Source of the DNA: Candidatus Parcubacteria bacterium
GTDB taxonomy: Bacteria > Patescibacteriota > Minisyncoccia > Phycocordibacterales > JAACPR01
NCBI GenBank assembly: GCA_041158505.1
Contig: JBEBBG010000009.1
Span: 5,157-69,156 of the forward strand
Direction of reading: 5' to 3'
Length of the DNA: 64,000 nucleotides
Position numbers and translations under genes: made by a program. The notes beneath the pieces are model-generated. The model was not told the DNA's origin. It saw only the letters and a list, made by a program, of their open reading frames with translations, and ran no database searches. Numbering within the stretch: position 1 is the first letter of the stretch; each line of letters starts with the position of its first letter. Shown here in pieces: positions 36,821-46,903 of the stretch.

Positions 36821-38323
36821 ATGGAGCAGACCAAACGTTCAGCAAAGAAAAAAGTTGTCATTATTGGTGCTGGACCAGGAGGATTGAGCGCGGGAATGAT
36901 CCTAGCCGCGCGTGGATACGACGTACATATCTACGAACGTCAGGCAGTACCAGGAGGCCGTAATGCATCGATGCAGGTTAATGGCTTTACGTTCGACATC
37001 GGCCCAACATTCCTGCTCATGAAGTACATTTTAGACCAGACTTTTGCGCTCGCTGGTAAACGCTCAGAAGACTACCTCACATTCACAAAGCTTGATCCTA
37101 TGTACGTGCTCAACTTCCCGGATGCCAAGCTCAACGTTTCTTCAGATCACGACAAAATGTATGAGGAAATTAAGCGCGTTTTTCCTGGTGATGAAGAAGG
37201 ATTTCGCGCCTTTCTTACAGCAGAGAAAAAGAAGTTCGATACCATGTACCCATGCCTTGAAACGGACTACTCATCGCTCAAACGAATGTTCTCTCGTAAG
37301 TTACTCCGTGCACTTCCGTATATGGATGCCTTTAAGAGCGTATATGACGTTGCGGCAAAGTACTTTAAGCACGAGCTTTTGAGACTCTCATTTACCTTTC
37401 AAGCAAAGTACCTCGGCATGTCACCATGGAAGTGTCCTGGCGCATTTGGGATTCTGTCATACATCGAGCATGTTGCCGGTATTTACCACGTTGAAGGAGG
37501 TCTTAGTTCAATTTCTGAAGCTATGGCAAAGGTTATCACCGAGCTTGGCGGAACGATTCACTACAACACTTCGGTCGCATCAATTGAAACTGCTGGTCGA
37601 ACCATCACCGGCCTCACGCTTGCCAACGGTGAACATGTAGAGGGCGATGTTTTTGTACTCAATGCAGACTTTGCATATGCAACGACGCACCTTTTTAAAG
37701 AGGGGGCGCTCAAGAAGTACACAAAGAAAAAGGTGGAAAAGCTCGAGTACTCATGCTCAACGTACATGCTCTACCTTGGCGTTGATAAAGTCTACGATGA
37801 GCCGCACCATCAAATCGTGTTTGCAAATGACTACCATGCAAACTTGAATGACATTTTTGACAACCATAAGCTCTCAAAAGATTTTTCACTCTACATTAGA
37901 AACGCAACACCGCGTGATGCAACACTGGCGCCAGAGGGAAAGAGTTCTCTGTACGTTCTTGTTCCAGTGCCAAACAACCAAAAATCCGGCATCGATTGGG
38001 CAATAGAGGGGCCACGAATTCGTAAAGAGATTTTCTGTGTTCTCAAAGAGCGTACCTCATTTACAGATCTCGAAGAGCACATTGTAACCGAACGCATCAT
38101 CACACCAAAAGATTGGGAGGGGGGACATAACGTCTTTTTTGGCGCGACCTTTAACCTTTCACACAAACTCTCACAAATGCTCTACCTCCGACCTCGTAAC
38201 CGTTTCGAGGAATTTACCAACTGCTACCTCGTTGGTGGCGGAACACACCCGGGCAGCGGTTTACCAACAATTTACGAGAGCGCACGTATTAGCAGCAACT
38301 TAATTGATCAGTACCATGGGTAG
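36821..38323 (+). CDS. Phytoene desaturase family FAD oxidoreductase (CrtI/CrtN-like)
   Basis: IIGAGPGGL, GGR, FDIGPT, YLGMSP, YLVGGGTHPGSGLPTIYESA. Confidence 0.9.
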   Translation: MEQTKRSAKKKVVIIGAGPGGLSAGMILAARGYDVHIYERQAVPGGRNASMQVNGFTFDIGPTFLLMKYILDQTFALAGKRSEDYLTFTKLDPMYVLNFPDAKLNVSSDHDKMYEEIKRVFPGDEEGFRAFLTAEKKKFDTMYPCLETDYSSLKRMFSRKLLRALPYMDAFKSVYDVAAKYFKHELLRLSFTFQAKYLGMSPWKCPGAFGILSYIEHVAGIYHVEGGLSSISEAMAKVITELGGTIHYNTSVASIETAGRTITGLTLANGEHVEGDVFVLNADFAYATTHLFKEGALKKYTKKKVEKLEYSCSTYMLYLGVDKVYDEPHHQIVFANDYHANLNDIFDNHKLSKDFSLYIRNATPRDATLAPEGKSSLYVLVPVPNNQKSGIDWAIEGPRIRKEIFCVLKERTSFTDLEEHIVTERIITPKDWEGGHNVFFGATFNLSHKLSQMLYLRPRNRFEEFTNCYLVGGGTHPGSGLPTIYESARISSNLIDQYHG

Positions 38324-39521
38324 CATTCAATTCATACAGCTCATTTGGGAACTGTACTTTAAAAAAGGACTACCTAATCTCGAAAAAATACAGCGGTGGG
38401 GAGTACTTGCTATTAAAATTGCACAGGTGCACGCACTGCGCATTGATTTCCTTGGTCCAGAAAAAACGACACACCTTGCAAAGCTCTACCGTGGTAGCAC
38501 ACCAATCAGTGCAGAGAAGATTGCACCAGTACTTGATCGTTTTATGGCTACACACGGCACCGAGGTTGCACACCTGGAACGCGAGCCTTTTGCAGCGGCA
38601 TCAGTTGGGCAGGTGTATCGCATGAAGCTTCGCAATGGAGATGATGCAGTACTCAAAGTGCTCAAACAGGATTTCAAGAAAAACTTTGCTCGAGACGTCG
38701 CGCGCATTAAGCGTCTTTTTAAGACGTTTATTTTCTTCTACCCAAAACTCAAGAGTGTCGGCAACCCACTCGGTATCATTGAAGACATTGAGACCTACAC
38801 ATTAACGGAACTCGACTTACGAAATGAAACCAAAGGTCAGCAGACACTGCGCGATATCAAAGATCAGTATAAAACAAAACTCGACTTAGAAGCGCTCGAT
38901 TTTGTGCAGATCTATGAAGACCTCTCATCGGAGGATGTGCTCGTCTCTCGGTTCATTGACGCACCAACCTTTGACGAGCTACTCAGTGAGGGGAAACTTA
39001 CCTACGACGACCTCCTCAAACTGTTTTACGTACACGGTTTTTATATGTTTATTGTTGGTACCTTTCATGGCGACGTACATCCAGGCAATGTGCTCTACAA
39101 AGATGGGAAGCTATACTTTGTTGACGCTGCATACATTGGTACCGTGAGTACCAAGCTTCGCCAGGGTCTCTTCTCATTCTTTACCGGGCTTGCAAACGAC
39201 GACTTCACACTCTCTGCGCAAGCGCTGCACAGTATGTCTGATGTCCAGCTCTCAGAAACGCAGTACGCTGCATTTGAGAAAAAGTTCCTAGAGCTCTACA
39301 GTGACTTTGGTGGTAAAACGGTTTCAGAGAAAAGCCTCACTACCCAGATGATGCAAACTATTAAACTTGGCATCATGCACGGCATGCACTTTGAGCAAGG
39401 TATTTTTGCAATTATTCGCAGCCTCATGTACCTTGATGGCATGGTACTACGTTGCAAGCCAGACGCAGTTATCTTGCATGACATGCGCCGCTTCATTGAC
39501 GCGTACAAGCCGCTCGTCTAG
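38316..39521 (+). CDS. ABC1/AarF/UbiB family atypical kinase
   Basis: IKIAQ (KxGQ-like), PFAAASVGQVY, ELDLRNE, FHGDVHPGNV; start overlaps the desaturase stop. Confidence 0.9.
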   Translation: MGSIQFIQLIWELYFKKGLPNLEKIQRWGVLAIKIAQVHALRIDFLGPEKTTHLAKLYRGSTPISAEKIAPVLDRFMATHGTEVAHLEREPFAAASVGQVYRMKLRNGDDAVLKVLKQDFKKNFARDVARIKRLFKTFIFFYPKLKSVGNPLGIIEDIETYTLTELDLRNETKGQQTLRDIKDQYKTKLDLEALDFVQIYEDLSSEDVLVSRFIDAPTFDELLSEGKLTYDDLLKLFYVHGFYMFIVGTFHGDVHPGNVLYKDGKLYFVDAAYIGTVSTKLRQGLFSFFTGLANDDFTLSAQALHSMSDVQLSETQYAAFEKKFLELYSDFGGKTVSEKSLTTQMMQTIKLGIMHGMHFEQGIFAIIRSLMYLDGMVLRCKPDAVILHDMRRFIDAYKPLV

Positions 39522-39530
39522 TATAAACCC

Positions 39531-40508
39531 ATGGCAAAACCAATTCTCCTCTCAGGTGTAAAGGCAACCGGTGATCCGCACATCGGTAATTACTTTGGTG
39601 CAATCAAGCAGTTTGTGGACATGCAGCACGACTACGACACGCACGTATTCATTCCAGACCTGCACTCACTGACGAGCGTCAAAGACCGCGCACAGCTCGA
39701 GCACAACATTTTTGAAACAATGCTCACGTACCTTGCTGCAGGACTCGATCCAAAGCGAGTAACCTTCTTTAAGCAATCAGACGTACCACAGGTAACTGAG
39801 CTAACCTGGATGTTTAACTGCCTCACCACAATGCCGTACCTGATGCGTGCACACGCGTTTAAGGATGCAGAAGCAAAGAATAAAGAAATCAACGTCGGTA
39901 TTTTTGATTACCCAGTCCTGATGGCCGCAGATATCCTGCTTCCGGGAGCGGCAATTGTACCTGTGGGCAAAGATCAGGAGCAGCACGTCGAAATTGCGCG
40001 TGACATCGCTGAGAAGTTTAACCGCACGTACGGCGACACGTTCTCACTTCCAAAAGCACTGATCAAAGAAGACGTAGCGGTCGTGCCAGGTACTGACGGA
40101 CAAAAAATGAGCAAAAGCTACGGCAATGTCATCTCACTCTTTGCAACCGATGATGAAATCGACAAGCTCGTGGCAACCATTCCAACTGATTCAACACCCG
40201 TTGATGCTCCCAAAAACCCAGACACCAGCAACATTTTCAATATTCATAAGCTCTTGCTCGATGAGGCGGGTGTTGCAGCTCTTCGAAAACGATACGAAAC
40301 TCCAGGCATGAGCTACAAAGATGCAAAGGATGCCCTGAAGCAGGATCTCAAGGCTTTTATCGCACCATTTCGAGAGCGCCGAGCATACTGGGAAAAGAAT
40401 CGCGGCAAAGTCCTCAAAATCCTCAAAAAGGGTGGGGCAAAAATGCACAAGCGTGCCGAAGCAACCATGCGCGATATCCGCACCAAAGTTGGGTTGACCC
40501 TCTCATAG
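39531..40508 (+). CDS. trpS: Tryptophan--tRNA ligase
   Basis: HIGNYFGA, YPVLMAADIL, VPVGKDQEQH, KMSKSYGN. Confidence 0.97.
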   Translation: MAKPILLSGVKATGDPHIGNYFGAIKQFVDMQHDYDTHVFIPDLHSLTSVKDRAQLEHNIFETMLTYLAAGLDPKRVTFFKQSDVPQVTELTWMFNCLTTMPYLMRAHAFKDAEAKNKEINVGIFDYPVLMAADILLPGAAIVPVGKDQEQHVEIARDIAEKFNRTYGDTFSLPKALIKEDVAVVPGTDGQKMSKSYGNVISLFATDDEIDKLVATIPTDSTPVDAPKNPDTSNIFNIHKLLLDEAGVAALRKRYETPGMSYKDAKDALKQDLKAFIAPFRERRAYWEKNRGKVLKILKKGGAKMHKRAEATMRDIRTKVGLTLS

Positions 40509-40585
40509 TAAGCTGCGCTCAGCGCTTTATCATATCTTCATAACCTGCTAGAATAGGCCCGTTATAAGGCGTAATTGGGGAATAT

Positions 40586-41197
40586 ATGAAAATCGTACTT
40601 GGAATTGTTGTTGTACTCGTGATCATCGCGGCAGCGGTGCTACTCTTTAGCCCAAAAGCACCACAGGACGTGCAGCAGGCGGTCGTTGGTGATGCTCCAG
40701 CAGCAGAGCAGGCAACCACCACAGAAGCAGCCATGGTAGATGCAGGCGTTGAAATTACTTCATTTAACTTTACTGGATACGGCCCTGGCAAATCACATCT
40801 AGGTACCTTTGAGCAGTACGAAGTAAGCAATGTTGCAGTTGATGCAAATGGTCTTCCAACCGCTGGTACCGTTACCTTCTACGTTGACTCTATCAAGACA
40901 GATGCGGCAATGCTCGACACCCACCTTAAGGAAAAGAAAGAATTCTTTGAGAGCGCAACGTACCCAACGGTTACCTTCAAGCTCGCAAGCGTTGCTGACA
41001 AAGGAAACGGTATGTACGACGTGACTGGAGACCTTACCGTAAAGAACGTTACCAAGCGCATTACCTTTGGTGTAACTGCTGCAGCAGACAAAACCTTTAG
41101 CTCAGAATTTCGTGTAGCGATGGATCAGTTTGGATTTACTGCACCTGGCATTGTCGACAACGAAGTACTCGTGAAGTTTAGCGGTAAGGCACAGTAA
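40586..41197 (+). CDS. YceI-family lipid/polyisoprenoid-binding protein
   Basis: N-terminal anchor; SIKTD...LDTHLK...FF....YP...F, GDLTVKNVTK. Confidence 0.85.
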   Translation: MKIVLGIVVVLVIIAAAVLLFSPKAPQDVQQAVVGDAPAAEQATTTEAAMVDAGVEITSFNFTGYGPGKSHLGTFEQYEVSNVAVDANGLPTAGTVTFYVDSIKTDAAMLDTHLKEKKEFFESATYPTVTFKLASVADKGNGMYDVTGDLTVKNVTKRITFGVTAAADKTFSSEFRVAMDQFGFTAPGIVDNEVLVKFSGKAQ

Positions 41198-41223
41198 TCG
41201 CCTTCGAAGCAGTATCACTTCTC

Positions 41224-42588
41224 ATGACAACACCACTACACAAGCTCACGGAGCACACAGGACAAGAAGTAACCATTGGCGGATGGGTTGATGTTCGTCG
41301 CGACCACGGCAAGCTCATCTTCATGGATATCCGTGATGGTAGTGGGTACGTGCAGGCAGTGGTGCTTCCTGAGCACACAGATGCACTCGCTGTTGCAACC
41401 ACGCTTCGCAGCGAAGACGTCGTACGCGTCACTGGCAAGGTAAATGCTCGTCCGGAGCGCATGGTCAAAGAGGGAATGAACGGCTCAATTGAACTTGAGG
41501 TGCTTGGTATCGAGGTGCTCAGCAAAGCGCAAGAGCTTCCGTTTGATCCAGACACCGACCTTAACCTCGACACCTTGCTCGACTACCGACCGTTGACGCT
41601 CCGCAGCCGACGCGAGCGAGCAATCTTTAAGGTGCAGGCAGAAATCGTGCGTGCGTACCGAGAGTTCCTTAACAAAGAAGGCTTCACCGAGTTCCAATCA
41701 CCAAAGCTCGTAGGTGGGGATGCAGAAGGAGGTGCAGGTGTGTTTAAGGTTGAGTACTTCAAATCACAAGATGCATACCTCGCAACCAGCCCACAGTTCT
41801 ACAAGCAGATGATGGTTGGCGTCTTTGAGCGCGTCTTTGCAATTGGTAACGTGTACCGCGCAGAGAAGCACTCAACCTCTCGTCACATCAATGAGTACAC
41901 CAGCATGGACCTCGAAATGGGCTTCATCAACGACCACACCGACATCATGGCGATGGAAACACGCCTCCTGCGACACATGATCACGCACCTCGAAGCAACG
42001 GTTGCCGAAGAATTCAAAACGCTCGGTGCCACACTTCCTGTTGCTCCAGAAACGTTCCCGTCATTTAAGCTCCGCGAAGCACAGCAGCTCATCAAAGAAA
42101 AAACAGGTGAGGACTGCACCCAGGAACCTGACCTTGAGCCACAGCACGAGCGTTGGCTTTCAACGTACGCAAAGGAAGAACTCGGCTCAGACTTCGTGTT
42201 CATCACGCACTACCCAGTGTCAAAGCGGCCTGCGTACACCTTTGAAGATGAAGCAGACCCTGGATTTACCAAGAGCTTCGACCTACTCTTCCGTGGCGTC
42301 GAAATCACCACTGGCGGACAGCGTATTCACAACCACGACCTACTCGTTGAGAAGCTCAAAGCAAAAGGGCTTGACCCAGCAAACTTCAGCTTCTATCTCC
42401 AAGCATTCAAGTACGGCATGCCACCACATGGCGGGCTTGGTATGGGTCTTGAGCGATTAACCGCAAAGATGCTCGGTCTCGACAATGTTAAAGAAGCAAC
42501 ACTTTTCCCACGAGACCTTAACCGTATCGACACCTTGCTTTCAAAGGGAAGCAGCGCGCCTGAGGAAGATACATCGGCTGCGGCCTAA
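41224..42588 (+). CDS. aspS: Aspartate--tRNA ligase (short, non-discriminating/archaeal-type)
   Basis: OB-fold GWV..RRDHGK, AEGGA.VF, SPQFYKQ, RAEKHST.RH, GMPPHGG.GMGLER. Confidence 0.93.
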   Translation: MTTPLHKLTEHTGQEVTIGGWVDVRRDHGKLIFMDIRDGSGYVQAVVLPEHTDALAVATTLRSEDVVRVTGKVNARPERMVKEGMNGSIELEVLGIEVLSKAQELPFDPDTDLNLDTLLDYRPLTLRSRRERAIFKVQAEIVRAYREFLNKEGFTEFQSPKLVGGDAEGGAGVFKVEYFKSQDAYLATSPQFYKQMMVGVFERVFAIGNVYRAEKHSTSRHINEYTSMDLEMGFINDHTDIMAMETRLLRHMITHLEATVAEEFKTLGATLPVAPETFPSFKLREAQQLIKEKTGEDCTQEPDLEPQHERWLSTYAKEELGSDFVFITHYPVSKRPAYTFEDEADPGFTKSFDLLFRGVEITTGGQRIHNHDLLVEKLKAKGLDPANFSFYLQAFKYGMPPHGGLGMGLERLTAKMLGLDNVKEATLFPRDLNRIDTLLSKGSSAPEEDTSAAA

Positions 42589-42594
42589 CACTCT

Positions 42595-43329
42595 ATGCAG
42601 CGCGACTTCACCGTCAAAACAGACGTCTTTGAAGGACCGCTTGAACTCCTACTCAACCTGATTGAAAAGCGAAAGCTGCTTATCAACGACATCGCGCTTT
42701 CGCAGGTTACCGACGACTACATCAGCTACATTAAAACGCATGAAGCCGAATTTCCAATCGGTAAAATTTCACACTTCATCGTGGTTGCCTCAACGCTGCT
42801 GCTGATTAAATCGAAGTCGCTACTCCCAACACTTGAGCTGACCGAAGAAGAAACTGCATCAGTTGAAGACCTTGAGCTACGTCTCAAAATCTACCAGCGC
42901 ATGAAGCTTGCAAGTGAAACGGTACGAAATACGCTTGGTAAAAATCCACTCTTTAGCAAGCAGTACGTTCGCCAAGAAGCAACGCCAACGTTTGCACCGC
43001 CTGCCGCACTTTCACTCGAGCAACTCACTGCAGCCGTCAAAGACTTTACAAAATCGCTGCCAAAGATTGAGCGCATTCCGCAAGCAGTCATCAAAAAAGT
43101 GGTCAGCCTTGAGGAAATGATTGGCCGCCTCACCACACGTATTCGTTCAGGTCTCCAGATGCGCTTCAAGGATTTTGCAGGAGTAGGGAAAGCAGAAAAG
43201 GTCGATGTGATTGTGAGCTTTCTCGCTATGCTAGAATTGGTGAAGCAAGGATTGATTGCAGTTGAGCAGCACAGTGATGGCGACATTCACATGCAGACAA
43301 ACGACGTCAGTACACCGAGCTACATGTAA
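42595..43329 (+). CDS. scpA: Segregation and condensation protein A
   Basis: FEGPLELLL.LI, LLLIKSKSLLP, FLAMLELVK. Confidence 0.93.
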   Translation: MQRDFTVKTDVFEGPLELLLNLIEKRKLLINDIALSQVTDDYISYIKTHEAEFPIGKISHFIVVASTLLLIKSKSLLPTLELTEEETASVEDLELRLKIYQRMKLASETVRNTLGKNPLFSKQYVRQEATPTFAPPAALSLEQLTAAVKDFTKSLPKIERIPQAVIKKVVSLEEMIGRLTTRIRSGLQMRFKDFAGVGKAEKVDVIVSFLAMLELVKQGLIAVEQHSDGDIHMQTNDVSTPSYM

Positions 43330-43334
43330 TACGT

Positions 43335-43949
43335 ATGGAACTTTCTTTGCAATCACAACTCGAAAGCTTGCTCTTCTGGAAAGGGGAACCTGTATCACTC
43401 GCCGAGCTCGCAAAGCTCACGGGTAGTACCCCTGCAGACTGTAGCGTTGCCCTTGAAGCACTCCAGCAGCACCTCGCCAGCGAAGCGCGGGGTATTGTGT
43501 TAGTTGTTGCCGGTGACACGTACGAGCTTGCGACCGCTCCTGCAATGGCAACAAAAATTGCCGCGTTGACCCGCGAAGAACTGACTAAAGATCTCTCAAA
43601 AGCAGCCCTTGAAACGCTCTCAATCGTGCTCTACCGCGGTCCGATTCGACGTAGCGAAATCGACTACATTCGCGGCGTTAACTCACAGTTCATTTTGCGC
43701 ATGCTCGCGATTCGCGGTCTCGTTGTCCGCACCAGCGATCCACACGATGAACGCGCCTTTACCTACGGCCCAAGCATTGAGCTCCTCAAGCTGCTTGGTG
43801 TAGAATCTGCAGCATCATTGCCTGATTTTGCACAAGTAAACGCAGACATCGAAGGATTTATCGCCGCACAACGAGGAGAAGAGAAGCAGACACCAACCGA
43901 CGCCGTAACCGAAACAAATGCACATGGATCAGATCAACCAGCAGCTTAA
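43335..43949 (+). CDS. scpB: Segregation and condensation protein B
   Basis: ESLLF..GEP, LSKAALETLSIV.Y, IDYIRGVNS. Confidence 0.93.
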   Translation: MELSLQSQLESLLFWKGEPVSLAELAKLTGSTPADCSVALEALQQHLASEARGIVLVVAGDTYELATAPAMATKIAALTREELTKDLSKAALETLSIVLYRGPIRRSEIDYIRGVNSQFILRMLAIRGLVVRTSDPHDERAFTYGPSIELLKLLGVESAASLPDFAQVNADIEGFIAAQRGEEKQTPTDAVTETNAHGSDQPAA

Positions 43950-44919
43950 AAAAATGGAGGAGCATAAGGAGCTCTTTTTGACTGCGGGGATTATTACCAT
44001 TCTCGTCCTCATTCTGCTTGGCATGTTTTTATTTATGAGCAACCGAAGTGCGGTCGACGCAGCCCAAGAAGGAGATGCTGCTGCACTCGCAACTACCACC
44101 GAACCTGTCTACAACCCGTTTGATGACGTTCGGATTGCCGCCCAAGCGGCAATTGTAAAAGACCTCCGCTCGGGCAAGGTGCTTTACGAGAAAAACGCAT
44201 ACGCACCACTGCCACTGGCCTCAATCACCAAGGTAGTAACTGCACTTACCGCAGCAGACATCTTTAAAGCCGAGGGCAAAACCGCAGTTCAAATTACTGC
44301 AGCACACTTGGCACCAGAAGGCGACGATAGCCTTATTCCAGGCGAACACTTCACTGTACCTGACCTCCTCAACTACACCCTGGTCGCATCATCAAACGAC
44401 GGTGCACGTGCACTGGCACAAAGCGCAGGATCACTCATTGCCACACCTCCACAAACAGGGCTCGAAGCATTCATCGCTCGCATGAACACGGTAGCGGCAA
44501 CAGCCGGCATGGAAAAGGCAACCTTCTACAACGAATCAGGACTGGATGAAGATGAAGCCGCACGAGAAGCAGGCGCATTTGCATCGGCGCGCGACGTTGC
44601 GGAACTCTTTGCGTACACGCTCAACAACGCACCGCAGCTCCTCGAAGCAACACGTGCCGACAACCTGACCGTAGAATCAAAGGAAGGCTACGCACACAAA
44701 ACTGCAAACACCAACAAGGTCGTCGGAGACCTCCCAAACATCATCGGCTCAAAAACCGGCTACACCTACACTGCAGGCGGCAACCTGGCAGTGGTGATTG
44801 ATCCATCACTTGGCCAGCCAATCGTGATCGTTGTCCTTGGTTCATCAAAGGAAGGTCGCTTTGCAGACGTAGAGCGCCTCGCAGCTGCAACGCTTGAGCA
44901 GCTCTCACTTAGCGAGTAA
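43918..44919 (+). CDS. D-alanyl-D-alanine carboxypeptidase (peptidase S11)
   Basis: TM anchor; SxxK (ASITK), SxN (SSN), KTG (SKTGYT). Start could be 43924. Confidence 0.9.
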   Translation: MHMDQINQQLKKMEEHKELFLTAGIITILVLILLGMFLFMSNRSAVDAAQEGDAAALATTTEPVYNPFDDVRIAAQAAIVKDLRSGKVLYEKNAYAPLPLASITKVVTALTAADIFKAEGKTAVQITAAHLAPEGDDSLIPGEHFTVPDLLNYTLVASSNDGARALAQSAGSLIATPPQTGLEAFIARMNTVAATAGMEKATFYNESGLDEDEAAREAGAFASARDVAELFAYTLNNAPQLLEATRADNLTVESKEGYAHKTANTNKVVGDLPNIIGSKTGYTYTAGGNLAVVIDPSLGQPIVIVVLGSSKEGRFADVERLAAATLEQLSLSE

Positions 44920-44928
44920 CATACACCT

Positions 44929-46005
44929 ATGGAAATCCTCGATATCATCAAAGTCATTGTCCCAACCACGCTCTCGTTCTTTGTTGGTATCGCGATTACA
45001 CCAACCATCACCAACTTTCTCTACAAACATGAAATGTGGAAGAAAAAAGCAGGGAAGGTGGCAGTGACCGGTGAGGCAACACCAATCTACGACAAGCTCT
45101 ACGAGAAGCGCGACGTCGGCACGCCACGTATGGGTGGCACGGTGATTTGGCTCTCGGTGTTTATCGTTGGCGCACTCATCTGGACACTCTCTCGCTTTAC
45201 CGACACTGGCCTCTTCGACAAAATCGAGTTCGTCAGCCGTAACCAAACCTGGATTCCATTCTGGGCGCTGCTCATTGGCGCGCTCGTTGGACTGCTCGAT
45301 GACTGGCTCGAGATCAAAGGCTCACGCAACCACGTTGCAGGAGGGCTGTCGCTCAAGCTCCGGCTCTGCATCGTGGCGATGATTGGTATTTTTGTAGGAC
45401 TCTGGTTCTTTACCAAGCTCGACGTAGTGGCAATCGGCGTACCGTTTCTGGGCATGATTACGGTTGGGTGGCTGATTGTGCCGTTTTACGTGGTTATTAT
45501 GCTTGCAGTCTATGCAGGTGGAGTGATTGATGGCCTCGACGGCCTCTCTGGTGGCGTATTTGCGTCTATTTTTGCCGCGTACGGCATCTACGCCTTTTCA
45601 CTCGGACAGCTCGACCTAGCGGCATTTTGCGGCTTGCTCGTTGGTAGTATTTTGGCCTTCCTTTGGTTCAACATTCCACCAGCACGCTTCTACATGTCTG
45701 AGACCGGCTCAATGGCGCTCACCATCACCGTTTCAATTCTAGCCTTTATGACCGACAGCTTGGCAGGCGGCATGGGTATCGGCATCTTGCCAATCGTGGC
45801 AATTCTCCTCTTTGCAACGGCTGCATCGAGCTTGCTCCAAGTCCTCTCAAAGAAGCTCCGGGGAGGGAAGAAGATTTTCCTCGCGGCACCGCTCCACCAC
45901 CACTTCGAAGCAATCGGCTGGTCCCAGTACAAGATTGTCATGCGCTACTGGGTCCTCGCAGTCATCTTTGCCGCACTGGGGCTGTTGGTGGCATTTGTGG
46001 GGTAG
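44929..46005 (+). CDS. mraY: Phospho-N-acetylmuramoyl-pentapeptide transferase
   Basis: GTPRMGG, GLLDD, DGLDGL, FLWFNIPPA, APLHHHFE. Confidence 0.95.
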   Translation: MEILDIIKVIVPTTLSFFVGIAITPTITNFLYKHEMWKKKAGKVAVTGEATPIYDKLYEKRDVGTPRMGGTVIWLSVFIVGALIWTLSRFTDTGLFDKIEFVSRNQTWIPFWALLIGALVGLLDDWLEIKGSRNHVAGGLSLKLRLCIVAMIGIFVGLWFFTKLDVVAIGVPFLGMITVGWLIVPFYVVIMLAVYAGGVIDGLDGLSGGVFASIFAAYGIYAFSLGQLDLAAFCGLLVGSILAFLWFNIPPARFYMSETGSMALTITVSILAFMTDSLAGGMGIGILPIVAILLFATAASSLLQVLSKKLRGGKKIFLAAPLHHHFEAIGWSQYKIVMRYWVLAVIFAALGLLVAFVG

Positions 46006-46016
46006 AAACAAAGTAA

Positions 46017-46568
46017 ATGACTCAATACAAAATAAATAGCGGCGCGCAAAATAAAAATACAATCTCTATAGCAGAGTTGAAAGAACAAATTAAACAAGAA
46101 GCTTTTCGTCATTTAAAACACATTAAAGACAGTAGGAGTCATGCAGCTTTTAATCTAGCTTTCTTAAAGGCGACTATTTACATCGAAGAAATTCTAAAAG
46201 ATGTAAATTTTCATTTTGATAAGAATTTAAAAGACAAACCTCTAGGTAATCAAATTAACGCAATTAAAAAATATATTAATCTTGAACAAGAAACGGAGGA
46301 AGATCAAAAAATATACGAATCTGCTTTTGAAAAATTAGATTTTATTAATGAGATTCGGAAAAAGATTGCACATGATTTAGAATATAACTTAATTAATGAT
46401 AAAAATGCCTTAAATTCTATGCGGATAACAATCTTAGACTCAGAAGAAGAAAAAGCCAAAAAAGTTGCCTTATACTTTAAAGGTATTATTTTTCCTTTTC
46501 TTCACTTTAAATTAGGAATTAAGAACTTTGATAATTTCTTAATTCCCCTAGAACATGAATCCAATTAA
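46017..46568 (+). CDS. AT-rich helical protein with HEPN-like RxxxxH motif
   Basis: 183 aa; INEIRKKIAHD (R-x4-H) and upstream IYIEEIL helix; markedly AT-rich. Confidence 0.65.
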   Translation: MTQYKINSGAQNKNTISIAELKEQIKQEAFRHLKHIKDSRSHAAFNLAFLKATIYIEEILKDVNFHFDKNLKDKPLGNQINAIKKYINLEQETEEDQKIYESAFEKLDFINEIRKKIAHDLEYNLINDKNALNSMRITILDSEEEKAKKVALYFKGIIFPFLHFKLGIKNFDNFLIPLEHESN

Positions 46569-46902
46569 ACGCCTCACAAAAGAAATAATTGCGTTTCGAA
46601 ACCGACGGAAGTGGAAACAATTCCATAATCCAAAAGACGTCGCACTTTCTTTAGTACTTGAGGCGACAGAGGTTATGGAACATTTTCAATGGAAAAGTCC
46701 TGAGGAAATGAAAACATACGTTAAGAAGAATAAAACAGCAATTAGCGAAGAACTTGCTGATGTTTTGTACTGGGTACTGCTGCTATCACACGATCTCAAT
46801 ATTGATATCGAGAAAGCACTAGACAATAAAATAAAAATCAATAACGAAAAATATCCTGTATCAAAAGCAAAGGGGAGTCATGCAAAGTACACAGAACTAT
46901 AG
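46555..46902 (+). CDS. MazG-like nucleotide pyrophosphohydrolase
   Basis: R.WKQFHNPKDVA.SL.LEA.E..EHFQW, EELADV, N..KYP. Confidence 0.93.
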   Translation: MNPIKRLTKEIIAFRNRRKWKQFHNPKDVALSLVLEATEVMEHFQWKSPEEMKTYVKKNKTAISEELADVLYWVLLLSHDLNIDIEKALDNKIKINNEKYPVSKAKGSHAKYTEL

Positions 46903-46903
46903 T

